Part shown: piece by piece, positions 12,305 through 23,772 of the stretch
How positions within the stretch are numbered: the stretch's first letter is position 1
How the letters are laid out: each line of letters starts with the position of its first letter
From: Haliotis cracherodii
Taxonomy: Eukaryota
Assembly: GCF_022045235.1 (NCBI RefSeq)
Contig: NW_027266270.1
Coordinates: 29,636,001-29,700,000, forward strand
Direction: 5' to 3'
DNA length: 64,000 nucleotides
Position numbers and translations under genes: made by a program
Notes under the pieces: model-generated
What the model was told of the DNA's origin: nothing
Databases searched by the model: none
What the model saw: the letters and a program-made list of their open reading frames with translations, nothing else

Positions 12305-13660
12305 TCACAACTGGAATATGCCAGACAGGAACTCCTCACAATGCTTGGAAGCAACTACGGCTTTGGCAGATCGGGGTCTCCTGGTCCTGTGTCTCTTATT
12401 TGCAAACCACTTTCGGAGCTGAGAAAGTGTGATGCCTCCCTTGTTGGCCATGTCCTCAGCTTCTGTATGAGTTGGGTAGGGGTTGTTGAGATGCTCATGG
12501 TACCACGATTCCATCAAGGTGATGGATTCAGGATTGAGGTTTCTGCTGGCAGGACGGGACAGCTTCTTGTTTTGATTTTCTAGATTGTTAAGACTTCTCT
12601 CGATGCTGGTGAAGACCAGGTGGAGCTGGTCAGTATATGTGTTGGTCAGCCAGTTGTGGTAGTCCGTGGGAAAGAAACCATCTTGAAGACACTGTTCATG
12701 CTCCTTCTGAATAGATGACGAATGGAAGGCAAGGAAGCTGGATAGTTCTTTAACCTCTGCTGGGAACCTTGACTGGAGTGACTGAAGTCTATTCTCAAGA
12801 GCTGACTGACGATCGGAGGAAAGGCAGTTGGTAGTCTTCATTGTTGAAACTCTATCAAGTGTTTTTGAGATGATGTCATCAACAGCTTTACCAATGTCCG
12901 GTCTGGGGGAAGACGGCAGCTTGAGGTCAAGTGGTCGCGTCTCTGTGACAGGGTTGATGTCCATACATTTTGAATGTGGGCGAGTGGCAACTGATATTTG
13001 CGTTGGTGTAGACAGGGCAGGGGTGTTTGGAATCGATACTGGATGGATGGGCGGAATTGTTGGACTAGAAATCGTCCCCGTTTTGCTGGAAGGTAATAAG
13101 GATGGACTCAATGGTGCACTGGAAAACCCCAACGACTGGGCTGGAAGAAAGCATGGACTTGGTGGCAGGAATGCTGGACTCGGTGGTAGGGTGTAGCTGG
13201 AAGGCATGTAGGAGCCTGGTCTGAAGCTGGAAGTGTAGTACCTGGTGGAGCAGGGAGGGAAGAAACTGTAGGGGCTGGAGAAGCAGGTTGCCTGGAGGTA
13301 GGTGGGAGATGCCATCGGGTGGAGGCTTGAGAGAGTTGGTACATGGTGGTGGGTGTCAGCAACTGGCAGTGTGAGGGATGGCACACAACGTCTCTTGGGC
13401 AGAGGAGTTGATGTGTGCTGAGGTGCCCCTGCAATAAAGGAAATATTGTATAACATACTCAGGGTAAGCAATGGCATGGATACGGCATAGACATTACCCA
13501 ATGGCACTTTGAATAAGAAGGACTTGAACAATGAGGAGATCTCACTCATTTTATTCCATCTATAGATTAGAACTTGATACTAGAACACTATGTGGAAGGA
13601 CTTACCAATACCAGAATTGACGTGAAAGGAATCATCAACAGGAGTTTTCAAGTCAGCCAT
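12305..13660 (-). CDS. TALE-class homeobox protein, array copy 2 (392 aa): exon 1 13606-13660, exon 2 12305-13428
   Basis: Homeodomain with three-residue loop extension: LMESWYHEHLNNPYPT...QLRKWFANKRHR. A phase-1 GT..AG intron (13429-13605) joins MADLKTPVDDSFHVNSGIG to APQHTSTP in frame. Pro/Ser-rich N-terminal half. Confidence 0.9.
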
Positions 13661-13724
13661 CTTTGATTTTAGGAACGTTCACTTGTTCAAGGTTTTGAGG
13701 TAGCTGGGTATCAACAGACTCAAC

Positions 13725-14230
13725 AAGTGAGATGTGCTCACCTTCCAACTGTGGAGTTTTATGCTCTACTCACCTCTCTGGCGTCATCATCTTCAACCCC
13801 ATTGGCTGTAAGGACTCTTTGATCCATGGCTTCTTTTTGAACATTTAACTTTCTTTGATCTAGGGTTTCACTAACCAATTGCTTACTCTTTCTTTATAAC
13901 ACCAAGCCAATCAGCTAATTGGAATTAAGTTTGGCCTCTTGATTCGTCTTTGCCTTATCAACATTCAAGGATGACGAGATTATCGAGTTTTGATAGACGG
14001 TCCTTGAGTGTGTACATGACGGAAAGCGGTTGATGGGGGTTTCATTGGTTTCATTGATCTCTGGCTTCTTTAACGCTGTGTTCCCTTTATGTTTGATTGG
14101 CTCTGGTGTCTTTCGTGATACTGGTTAGTGTTTTGATAGCGTTAAACAAACATTTTCCTTTGGCGGGATTTCCTGATTGACGTATCTTTCTTTGATTTTC
14201 TCTGACACAAACCAATTAGTTTATTGGATT
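13725..14230 (-). promoter_or_regulatory. Predicted homeobox promoter (Inr-like TCACTT, CATAAAA box, CCAAT cluster, TCF-like sites), repeated in each unit
   Basis: CATAAAA at 13763-13757; CCAAT at 13801, 13875, 13907, 13918, ~14044, ~14096, ~14212, ~14223; CTTTGAT at 13817, 13853, 14190. Confidence 0.65.
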
Positions 14231-14411
14231 GATTGTTTCGACTACAAGTTGGGTTTTTCACATTAACGAATGATAATGATGTTTCGTACTACTATCTTAA
14301 GCAGCTGAACGCAACGTTAAATTACACCCAGACTACACTCTGCGGAGTTGTGGGTAGAATATTTGCATAGCAAGCATAGTACATTATAAACAATATTGTA
14401 GTCAATGCGTA

Positions 14412-15845
14412 GGGCCGCGTCCCAATCAAACCCTCTCATCCAAAACTTAATAAACCAAAATATCAGCCCCAAAAACCAAGCTCTAGCACGTAAACACCCC
14501 TTACTTACCCCAATATCCCAAAGAATAACAAACTACCTAAATGAACACCAAATTAAAAATCTTAAACAAAACTGCAAACAATCAAATATCTTCACCCCTA
14601 AACTTAAAATACCCAAAATAGACACAACACTAGCTAGCCAAATAAATAAACAAACCGACCCAAACATAGCTAAAACCACCACACTAGCATACATACACGA
14701 AAATTGGCCAAATTGGTGTCACATTTACACGGACGGATCTACAGATCCGACCTCCAAACACACAGGTTTCGGAGTCCATACCACACAACCAACTAAAACC
14801 ACACAATCCTTCCGACTCCCAAACAACCAATCAATATTCACGGCAGAACTAATGGGCATGGCCTCAGCCCTCCATAATCAAGAATAAAAAAAACACCAAA
14901 AAAATCTTAATACTTACCGACTCCCTAAGTGGACTGCAAGCTCTCCAAAATAAAAATACCAAAAACCGACCTAAATTAATAAATCAAATACTTAAAAGCT
15001 CCAACGACCTAACTAAGGCAGGCAAACAAATAACCTTCTTGTGGATACCCGCCCACGTAGGAATATACGGTAATGAAATCGCCGATAAAGCAGCTAAACT
15101 ATCCCTCAAAATCCCAGAAATAAGCTTAAACTTACCCATCTCAAAATCAGAAATTAAAAGTGTAAACAAGCAAAAAATCACCAAAAAATGGCATAACCTT
15201 TATCTAAACTCAAATAGCCAAATCAAAAAGTACTCAGCAAACCACTAACCAAACCAAAAATTCTCCATCCATCAAAAAAAATCGACAGAGTAATCACTAA
15301 ACTCCAAACAGGACACGCCAACCTAAATAACTATCTAAAAAAATTTAAAAACATACTACAGGTAACTGCCCACACTGCAAACAACTAGAAACCCAAGAAC
15401 ACGCACTCATCCACTGCACACACTACCTAACACATCGAACCGCATTACAAACCACCCTCAATCTAAACAAGGCTCTCACTCTAGAAGCAATACTAAACCC
15501 ACAAAATAAACTAGAAAACTTCAAGGCCTTAGGCGTATTCTTAATCAAAACGGAACTAATAAAACGCATCTAAAAACACTATTATCTACCAAATCAAAAT
15601 TACATAAACAAACAAACATCCACCATACCCAGCTCCCTTAGTTCTCCTCCCCAACCCCATCGGCATCTATTCCAAATCTCAAAATTCCAAAATTCTATAT
15701 AAGCAACCCCTAAAGCCCCCTCTTGGGTTGCACACACCACTTTCGCCCCTTTCGGAAACACATTAAATGGCCTGGGCGGGCCCGTGTGCGAAATACGCAT
15801 CTGTCGGAAAGCGCACGTTAAATCTCCAAAGTAAGTAAGTAAGTA
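14412..15845 (+). mobile_element. I-group LINE (subfamily A2), 5'-truncated (RNase H region to 3' end), defective
   Basis: TSD AGTCAATGCGTA at 14400-14411 and 15846-15857; (TAAG)n tail; premature stop and frameshifts. The empty site is visible in other units (e.g. ~20180). Confidence 0.95.
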
Positions 15846-18082
15846 AGTCAATGCGTAACGTTAGTAAACACAATTGTTGATCAATGTTATTCCCTATTTT
15901 GATTTATACCATATGTTCCCGTATATTGTTTTCACGTTAACAGTTGACTTGTTTGTTCGTGTGTTTGTGACAGTTGTCACCTGTGGGGCAGGATACGCTC
16001 ATCTTTTCGCCCAAACCTGGTGTCATCACTATTTGATACTGATGCATTAACGCATGCATTTGATATAGTCGGATTGGTGTAATGGACCTTTAGAAAAGAT
16101 TTCTTTGGATTAATATGAATTAATGTGCACATCCTTATATGTGATACTAGTGTTGAGGATGTGATGTTAACGTTGAATATTTGATATTAATGTTGAACGT
16201 ATCCTAGTTATGGTGAATGTATGTTTGGATGAGTATTACAGTTATATCGTGAGGTATACGACATGTCAGCTTGATGCATGTGAATTTGAAACATGTTTAA
16301 AGGTGTTTAAATTCTAAGCATGTTTGGATTAAGGGAATGTTGTGTTTAGGCTATGAAGCGATGGTTCATATCATGTGTTTAGAATCTAAACGAGTTTAGA
16401 CAGAACACACATATGTGCATACCGTTAAGGATCCAAACACGTTCCTAAACATGTTTTGTATGTGTTTACATTCTACACACATTTTTACAGTGTGGTTTAA
16501 GTGGTGAATTATATTAATTTGATAAGTATGCAATCTACCTGGCAGGATTAGTATTCGCTGTTTACTAACCTTCTGGCCGCTGTTACTAATTTAAGTTAGT
16601 CGAATCAACTAGACTTTTTTCTCAGTGTAGGGAATTAGTTAAACATAAGATAATAAGATAAACTGATTCCTTCCTGTTGAAAATGACTGACATACAAACG
16701 AATATGCGCATTTATTAGGCAGGATATGTTTGCGCTCACTTCTTCAAAACACGCTTTTGTAAAAGGGGAGTTGATAACTGATTTTAATGGATATTTTCAA
16801 TGATCCGCCAAAATCACGCATCAGACTCCATTGGGTGGAAAATGCAAAAGAGCAGTGACAAATGTGTAAATGGGTCACTGAAGAATCAGTGATAACGCCT
16901 GGTGTTCGCGAAAAAGCCATGTGAAGGAGCACATGCTTTTTGTGATAGTAATGTTAAATAAGTGATGTCAATTGTGAACGTTTCATAGTTGTGGGGATGT
17001 ATGTTTTAAGCAGTATTTCAATTGTATCGTTAGTTATAAGCCATGTCAGCTTGTTGTATGTGGACGACAAGTCCAAAGTGAAGCAGGCTTTAGATGTTTA
17101 CCGCCTCCGTAAAACCCTCGAGCTCGGACATGGCGTTGCTAAACTGTAACACATAATCAGGGCGAGTCTCGGATTCGAATCCATGTGATATTTATGCTGA
17201 ATGTGTGGTGCATAATGTTGAATGTGTTATAGTAAAGTAAACTGTACAAAATTCACGTTGCACGAGTCATAGTAGTGTAAAATTGCGATATTAATGTTGA
17301 TGTTATAGTTATGTCGGATGTGTTATAGTTATGTTGAGCTTTACTGCATATACGGTGATAATGTGTGATGCATAATGACATCCTACAACTGCCCAACTGT
17401 ATAATGCATACGTATCCTGGATAGACACCTTCCTTTTGATCTGCTTCTAGGAATGTGTACAATACAAGTGTTCCATGTTAGATTTCCGATCTCGCACCTT
17501 TGACATCGGTTGATATAGTCTCCATATAAACCAGTTTGTTTAAATATCGATATATGTATGTGTGTATTTGTGTGTGACTTGTGTATTAGCATCATATTAT
17601 TTGCAACAGCAGGTACAATTATTCCTAATTTATTATTTTATGTTCACTTTACTCTTATTGATTGTTAAATGTCCTTTGTAGGGACAGGTGTTCAAATAGG
17701 TTTAACCAGTTAACCAATCTCGTTCCTTTTTGGTAATAAATATTGTTTAAGTCATAGTCTCCATATTCAGTAATGACATATCTAAGGAACAATACAATTC
17801 TAAAACTGTGTATTAATGTGACATATTTTATTTGTCATCAAAACAATAATAACAACTTCAGCACTCACATCCACAAATATCACAGTTATAGCACAGAATA
17901 AAGATAATATAGCACTATGTTTCAGACATGGGGATTGATGTTATACAAGTGACGGTCCTCTTGAACATATATATTGCTCTTAAAGGTATTTCCAATAGCA
18001 CTACGAGGGTCTCAGACATTATCATACAGACTTCATATTTGATATCAGTTACTATCATTCAAGTGATATTATCGTCCATATT

Positions 18083-19438
18083 TCACAACTGGAATATGCC
18101 AGACAGGAACTCCTCACAATGCTTGGAAGCAACTACGGCTTTGGCAGATCGGGGTCTCCTGGTCCTGTGTCTCTTATTTGCAAACCACTTTCGGAGCTGA
18201 GAAAGTGTGATGCCTCCCTTGTTGGCCATGTCCTCAGCTTCTGTATGAGTTGGGTAGGGGTTGTTGAGATGCTCATGGTACCACGATTCCATCAAGGTGA
18301 TGGATTCAGGATTGAGGTTTCTGCTGGCAGGACGGGACAGCTTCTTGTTTTGATTTTCTAGATTGTTAAGACTTCTCTCGATGCTGGTGAAGACCAGGTG
18401 GAGCTGGTCAGTATATGTGTTGGTCAGCCAGTTGTGGTAGTCCGTGGGAAAGAAACCATCTTGAAGACACTGTTCATGCTCCTTCTGAATAGATGACGAA
18501 TGGAAGGCAAGGAAGCTGGATAGTTCTTTAACCTCTGCTGGGAACCTTGACTGGAGTGACTGAAGTCTATTCTCAAGAGCTGACTGACGATCGGAGGAAA
18601 GGCAGTTGGTAGTCTTCATTGTTGAAACTCTATCAAGTGTTTTTGAGATGATGTCATCAACAGCTTTACCAATGTCCGGTCTGGGGGAAGACGGCAGCTT
18701 GAGGTCAAGTGGTCGCGTCTCTGTGACAGGGTTGATGTCCATACATTTTGAATGTGGGCGAGTGGCAACTGATATTTGCGTTGGTGTAGACAGGGCAGGG
18801 GTGTTTGGAATCGATACTGGATGGATGGGCGGAATTGTTGGACTAGAAATCGTCCCCGTTTTGCTGGAAGGTAATAAGGATGGACTCAATGGTGCACTGG
18901 AAAACCCCAACGACTGGGCTGGAAGAAAGCATGGACTTGGTGGCAGGAATGCTGGACTCGGTGGTAGGGTGCAGCTGGAAGGCATGTAGGAGCCTGGTCT
19001 GAAGCTGGAAGTGTAGTACCTGGTGGAGCAGGGAGGGAAGAAACTGTAGGGGCTGGAGAAGCAGGTTGCCTGGAGGTAGGTGGGAGATGCCATCGGGTGG
19101 AGGCTTGAGAGAGTTGGTACATGGTGGTGGGTGTCAGCAACTGGCAGTGTGAGGGATGGCACACCACGTCTCTTGGGCAGAGGAGTTGATGTGTGCTGAG
19201 GTGCCCCTGCAATAAAGGAAATATTGTATAACATACTCAGGGTAAGCAATGGCATGGATACGGCATAGACATTACCCAATGGCACTTTGAATAAGAAGGA
19301 CTTGAACAATGAGGAGATCTCACTCATTTTATTCCATCTATAGATTAGAACTTGATACTAGAACACTATGTGGAAGGACTTACCAATACCAGAATTGACG
19401 TGAAAGGAATCATCAACAGGAGTTTTCAAGTCAGCCAT
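18083..19438 (-). CDS. TALE homeobox protein, array copy 3: exon 1 19384-19438, exon 2 18083-19206
   Basis: Same structure as copy 2; intact splice sites and ORF. Confidence 0.9.
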
Positions 19439-22416
19439 CTTTGATTTTAGGAACGTTCACTTGTTCAAGGTTCTGAGGTAGCTGGGTATCAACAGACTCA
19501 ACAAGTGAGATGTGCTCACCTTCCAACTGTGGAGTTTTATGCTCTACTCACCTCTCTGGCGTCATCATCTTCAACCCCATTGGCTGTAAGGACTCTTTGA
19601 TCCATGGCTTCTTTTTGAACATTTAACTTTCTATGATCTAGGGTTTCACTAACCAATTGCTTACTCTTTCTTTATAACACCAAGCCAATCAGCTAATTGG
19701 AATTAAGTTTGGCCTCTTGATTCGTCTTTGCCTTATCAACATTCAAGGATGACGAGATTATCGAGTTTTGATAGACGGTCCTTGAGTGTGTACATGACGG
19801 AAAGCGGTTGATGGGGGTTTCATTGGTTTCATTGATCTCTGGCTTCTTTAACGCTGTGTTCCCTTTATGTTTGATTGGCTCTGGTGTCTTTCGTGTTACT
19901 GGTTAGTGTTTTGATAGCGTTAAACAAACATTTTCCTTTGGCGGGATTTCCTGATTGACGTATCTTTCTTTGATTTTCTCTGACACAAACCAATTAGTTT
20001 ATTGGATTGATTGTTTCGACTACAAGTTGGGGTTTTTTCACATTAACGAATGATAATGATGTTTCGTACTACTATCTTAAGCAGCTGAACGCAACGTTAA
20101 ATTACACCCAGACTACAATCTGCGGAGTTGTGGGTAGAATATTTGCATAGCAAGCATAGTACATTATAAACAATATTGTAGTAAATGCGTAACGTTAGTG
20201 AACACAATTGTTGATCAATGTTATTCCCTATTTTGATTTATACCATATGTTCCCGTATATTGTTTTCACGTTAACGGTTGACTTGCTTTTTCGTGTGTTT
20301 GTGACAGTTGTCACCTGTGGGGCAGGATACGCTCATCTTTTCGCCCAAACCTGGTGTCATCACTATTTGATACTGATGCATTAACGCATGCATTTGATAT
20401 AGTCGGATTGGTGTAATGGACCTTTAGAAAAGATTTCTTTGGATTAATATGAATTAATGTGCACATCCTTATATGTGATACTAGTGTTGAGGATGTGATG
20501 TTAACGTTGAATATTTGATATTAATGTTGAACGTATCCTAGTTATGGTGAATGTATGTTTGGATGAGTATTACAGTTATATCGTGAGGTATACGACATGT
20601 CAGCTTGATGCATGTGAATTTGAAACATGTTTAAAGGTGTTTAAATTCTAAGCATGTTTGGATTAAGGGAATGTTGTGTTTAGGCTATGAAGCGATGGTT
20701 CATATCATGTGTTTAGAATCTAAACGAGTTAAGACAGAACACACAAATGTGCATACCGTTAAGGATTCAAACACGTTCCTAAACATGTTTTGTATGTGTT
20801 TACATTCTACACACATTTTTACAGTGTGGTTTAAGTGGTGAATTATATTAATTTGATAAGTATGCAATCTACCTGGCAGGATTAGTATTCGCTGTTTACT
20901 AACCTTCTGGCCGCTGTTACTAATTTAAGTTAGTCGAATCAACTAGACTTTTTTCTCAGTGTAGGGAATTAGTTAAACATAAGATAATAAGATAAACTGA
21001 TTCCTTCCTGTTGAAAATGACTGACATACAAACGAATATGCGCATTTATTAGGCAGGATATGTTTGCGCTCACTTCTTCAAAACACGCTTTTGTAAAAGG
21101 GGAGTTGATAACTGATTTTAATGGATATTTTCAATGATCCGCCAAAATCACGCATCAGACTCCATTGGGTGGAAAATGCAAAAGAGCAGTGACAAATGTG
21201 TAAATGGGTCACTGAAGAATCAGTGATAACGCCTGGTGTTCGCGAAAAAGCCATGTGAAGGAGCACATGCTTTTTGTGATAGTAATGTTAAATAAGTGAT
21301 GTCAATTGTGAACGTTTCATAGTTGTGGGGATGTATGTTTTAAGCAGTATTTCAATTGTATCGTTAGTTATAAGCCATGTCAGCTTGTTGTATGTGGACG
21401 ACAAGTCCAAAGTGAAGCAGGCTTTAGATGTTTACCGCCTCCGTAAAACCCTCGAGCTCGGACATGGCGTTGCTAAACTGTAACACATAATCAGGGCGAG
21501 TCTCGGATTCGAATCCATGTGATATTTATGCTGAATGTGTGGTGCATAATGTTGAATGTGTTATAGTAAAGTAAACTGTACAAAATTCACGTTGCACGAG
21601 TCATAGTAGTGTAAAATTGCGATATTAATGTTGATGTTATAGTTATGTCGGATGTGTTATAGTTATGTTGAGCTTTACTGCATATACGGTGATAATGTGT
21701 GATGCATAATGACATCCTACAACTGCCCAACTGTATAATGCATACGTATCCTGGATAGACACCTTCCTTTTGATCTGCTTCTAGGAATGTGTACAATACA
21801 AGTGTTCCATGTTAGATTTCCGATCTCGCACCTTTGACATCGGTTGATATAGTCTCCATATAAACCAGTTTGTTTAAATATCGATATATGTATGTGTGTA
21901 TTTGTGTGTGACTTGTGTATTAGCATCATATTATTTGCAACAGCAGGTACAATTATTCCTAATTTATTATTTTATGTTCACTTTACTCTTATTGATTGTT
22001 AAATGTCCTTTGTAGGGACAGGTGTTCAAATAGGTTTAACCAGTTAACCAATCTCGTTCCTTTTTGGTAATAAATATTGTTTAAGTCATAGTCTCCATAT
22101 TCAGTAATGACATATCTAAGGAACAATACAATTCTAAAACTGTGTATTAATGTGACATATTTTATTTGTCATCAAAACAATAATAACAACTTCAGCACTC
22201 ACATCCACAAATATCACAGTTATAGCACAGAATAAAGATAATATAGCACTATGTTTCAGACATGGGGATTGATGTTATACAAGTGACGGTCCTCTTGAAC
22301 ATATATATTGCTCTTAAAGGTATTTCCAATAGCACTACGAGGGTCTCAGACATTATCATACAGACTTCATATTTGATATCAGTTACTATCATTCAAGTGA
22401 TATTATCGTCCATATT

Positions 22417-23772
22417 TCACAACTGGAATATGCCAGACAGGAACTCCTCACAATGCTTGGAAGCAACTACGGCTTTGGCAGATCGGGGTCTCCTGGTCCT
22501 GTGTCTCTTATTTGCAAACCACTTTCGGAGCTGAGAAAGTGTGATGCCTCCCTTGTTGGCCATGTCCTCAGCTTCTGTATGAGTTGGGTAGGGGTTGTTG
22601 AGATGCTCATGGTACCACGATTCCATCAAGGTGATGGATTCAGGATTGAGGTTTCTGCTGGCAGGACGGGACAGCTTCTTGTTTTGATTTTCTAGATTGT
22701 TAAGACTTCTCTCGATGCTGGTGAAGACCAGGTGGAGCTGGTCAGTATATGTGTTGGTCAGCCAGTTGTGGTAGTCCGTGGGAAAGAAACCATCTTGAAG
22801 ACACTGTTCATGCTCCTTCTGAATAGATGACGAATGGAAGGCAAGGAAGCTGGATAGTTCTTTAACCTCTGCTGGGAACCTTGACTGGAGTGACTGAAGT
22901 CTATTCTCAAGAGCTGACTGACGATCGGAGGAAAGGCAGTTGGTAGTCTTCATTGTTGAAACTCTATCAAGTGTTTTTGAGATGATGTCATCAACAGCTT
23001 TACCAATGTCCGGTCTGGGGGAAGACGGCAGCTTGAGGTCAAGTGGTCGCGTCTCTGTGACAGGGTTGATGTCCATACATTTTGAATGTGGGCGAGTGGC
23101 AACTGATATTTGCGTTGGTGTAGACAGGGCAGGGGTGTTTGGAATCGATACTGGATGGATGGGCGGAATTGTTGGACTAGAAATCGTCCCCGTTTTGCTG
23201 GAAGGTAATAAGGATGGACTCAATGGTGCACTGGAAAACCCCAACGACTGGGCTGGAAGAAAGCATGGACTTGGTGGCAGGAATGCTGGACTCGGTGGTA
23301 GGGTGCAGCTGGAAGGCATGTAGGAGCCTGGTCTGAAGCTGGAAGTGTAGTACCTGGTGGAGCAGGGAGGGAAGAAACTGTAGGGGCTGGAGAAGCAGGT
23401 TGCCTGGAGGTAGGTGGGAGATGCCATCGGGTGGAGGCTTGAGAGAGTTGGTACATGGTGGTGGGTGTCAGCAACTGGCAGTGTGAGGGATGGCACACCA
23501 CGTCTCTTGGGCAGAGGAGTTGATGTGTGCTGAGGTGCCCCTGCAATAAAGGAAATATTGTATAACATACTCAGGGTAAGCAATGGCATGGATACGGCAT
23601 AGACATTACCCAATGGCACTTTGAATAAGAAGGACTTGAACAATGAGGAGATCTCACTCATTTTATTCCATCTATAGATTAGAACTTGATACTAGAACAC
23701 TATGTGGAAGGACTTACCAATACCAGAATTGACGTGAAAGGAATCATCAACAGGAGTTTTCAAGTCAGCCAT
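22417..23772 (-). CDS. TALE homeobox protein, array copy 4: exon 1 23718-23772, exon 2 22417-23540
   Basis: Protein identical to copy 3. Confidence 0.9.

Noticed and set aside
12341-13434. Overlapping and antisense ORFs within each homeobox copy
   Set aside because: They are shadow frames, conserved only because the whole unit is duplicated.
13760-13828. Possible upstream coding exon MDQRVLTANGVEDDDARE ending at a GTGAGT donor
   Set aside because: Splicing to the only nearby acceptor is out of frame with the main ATG, and the ATG is not conserved in copy 1. The region is better explained as promoter (CCAAT, TCF-like and TATA motifs).
16744-18200. Short ORFs repeated in every spacer
   Set aside because: They have no motifs, are disrupted in some units, and overlap transposon remnants and the 3' UTR.
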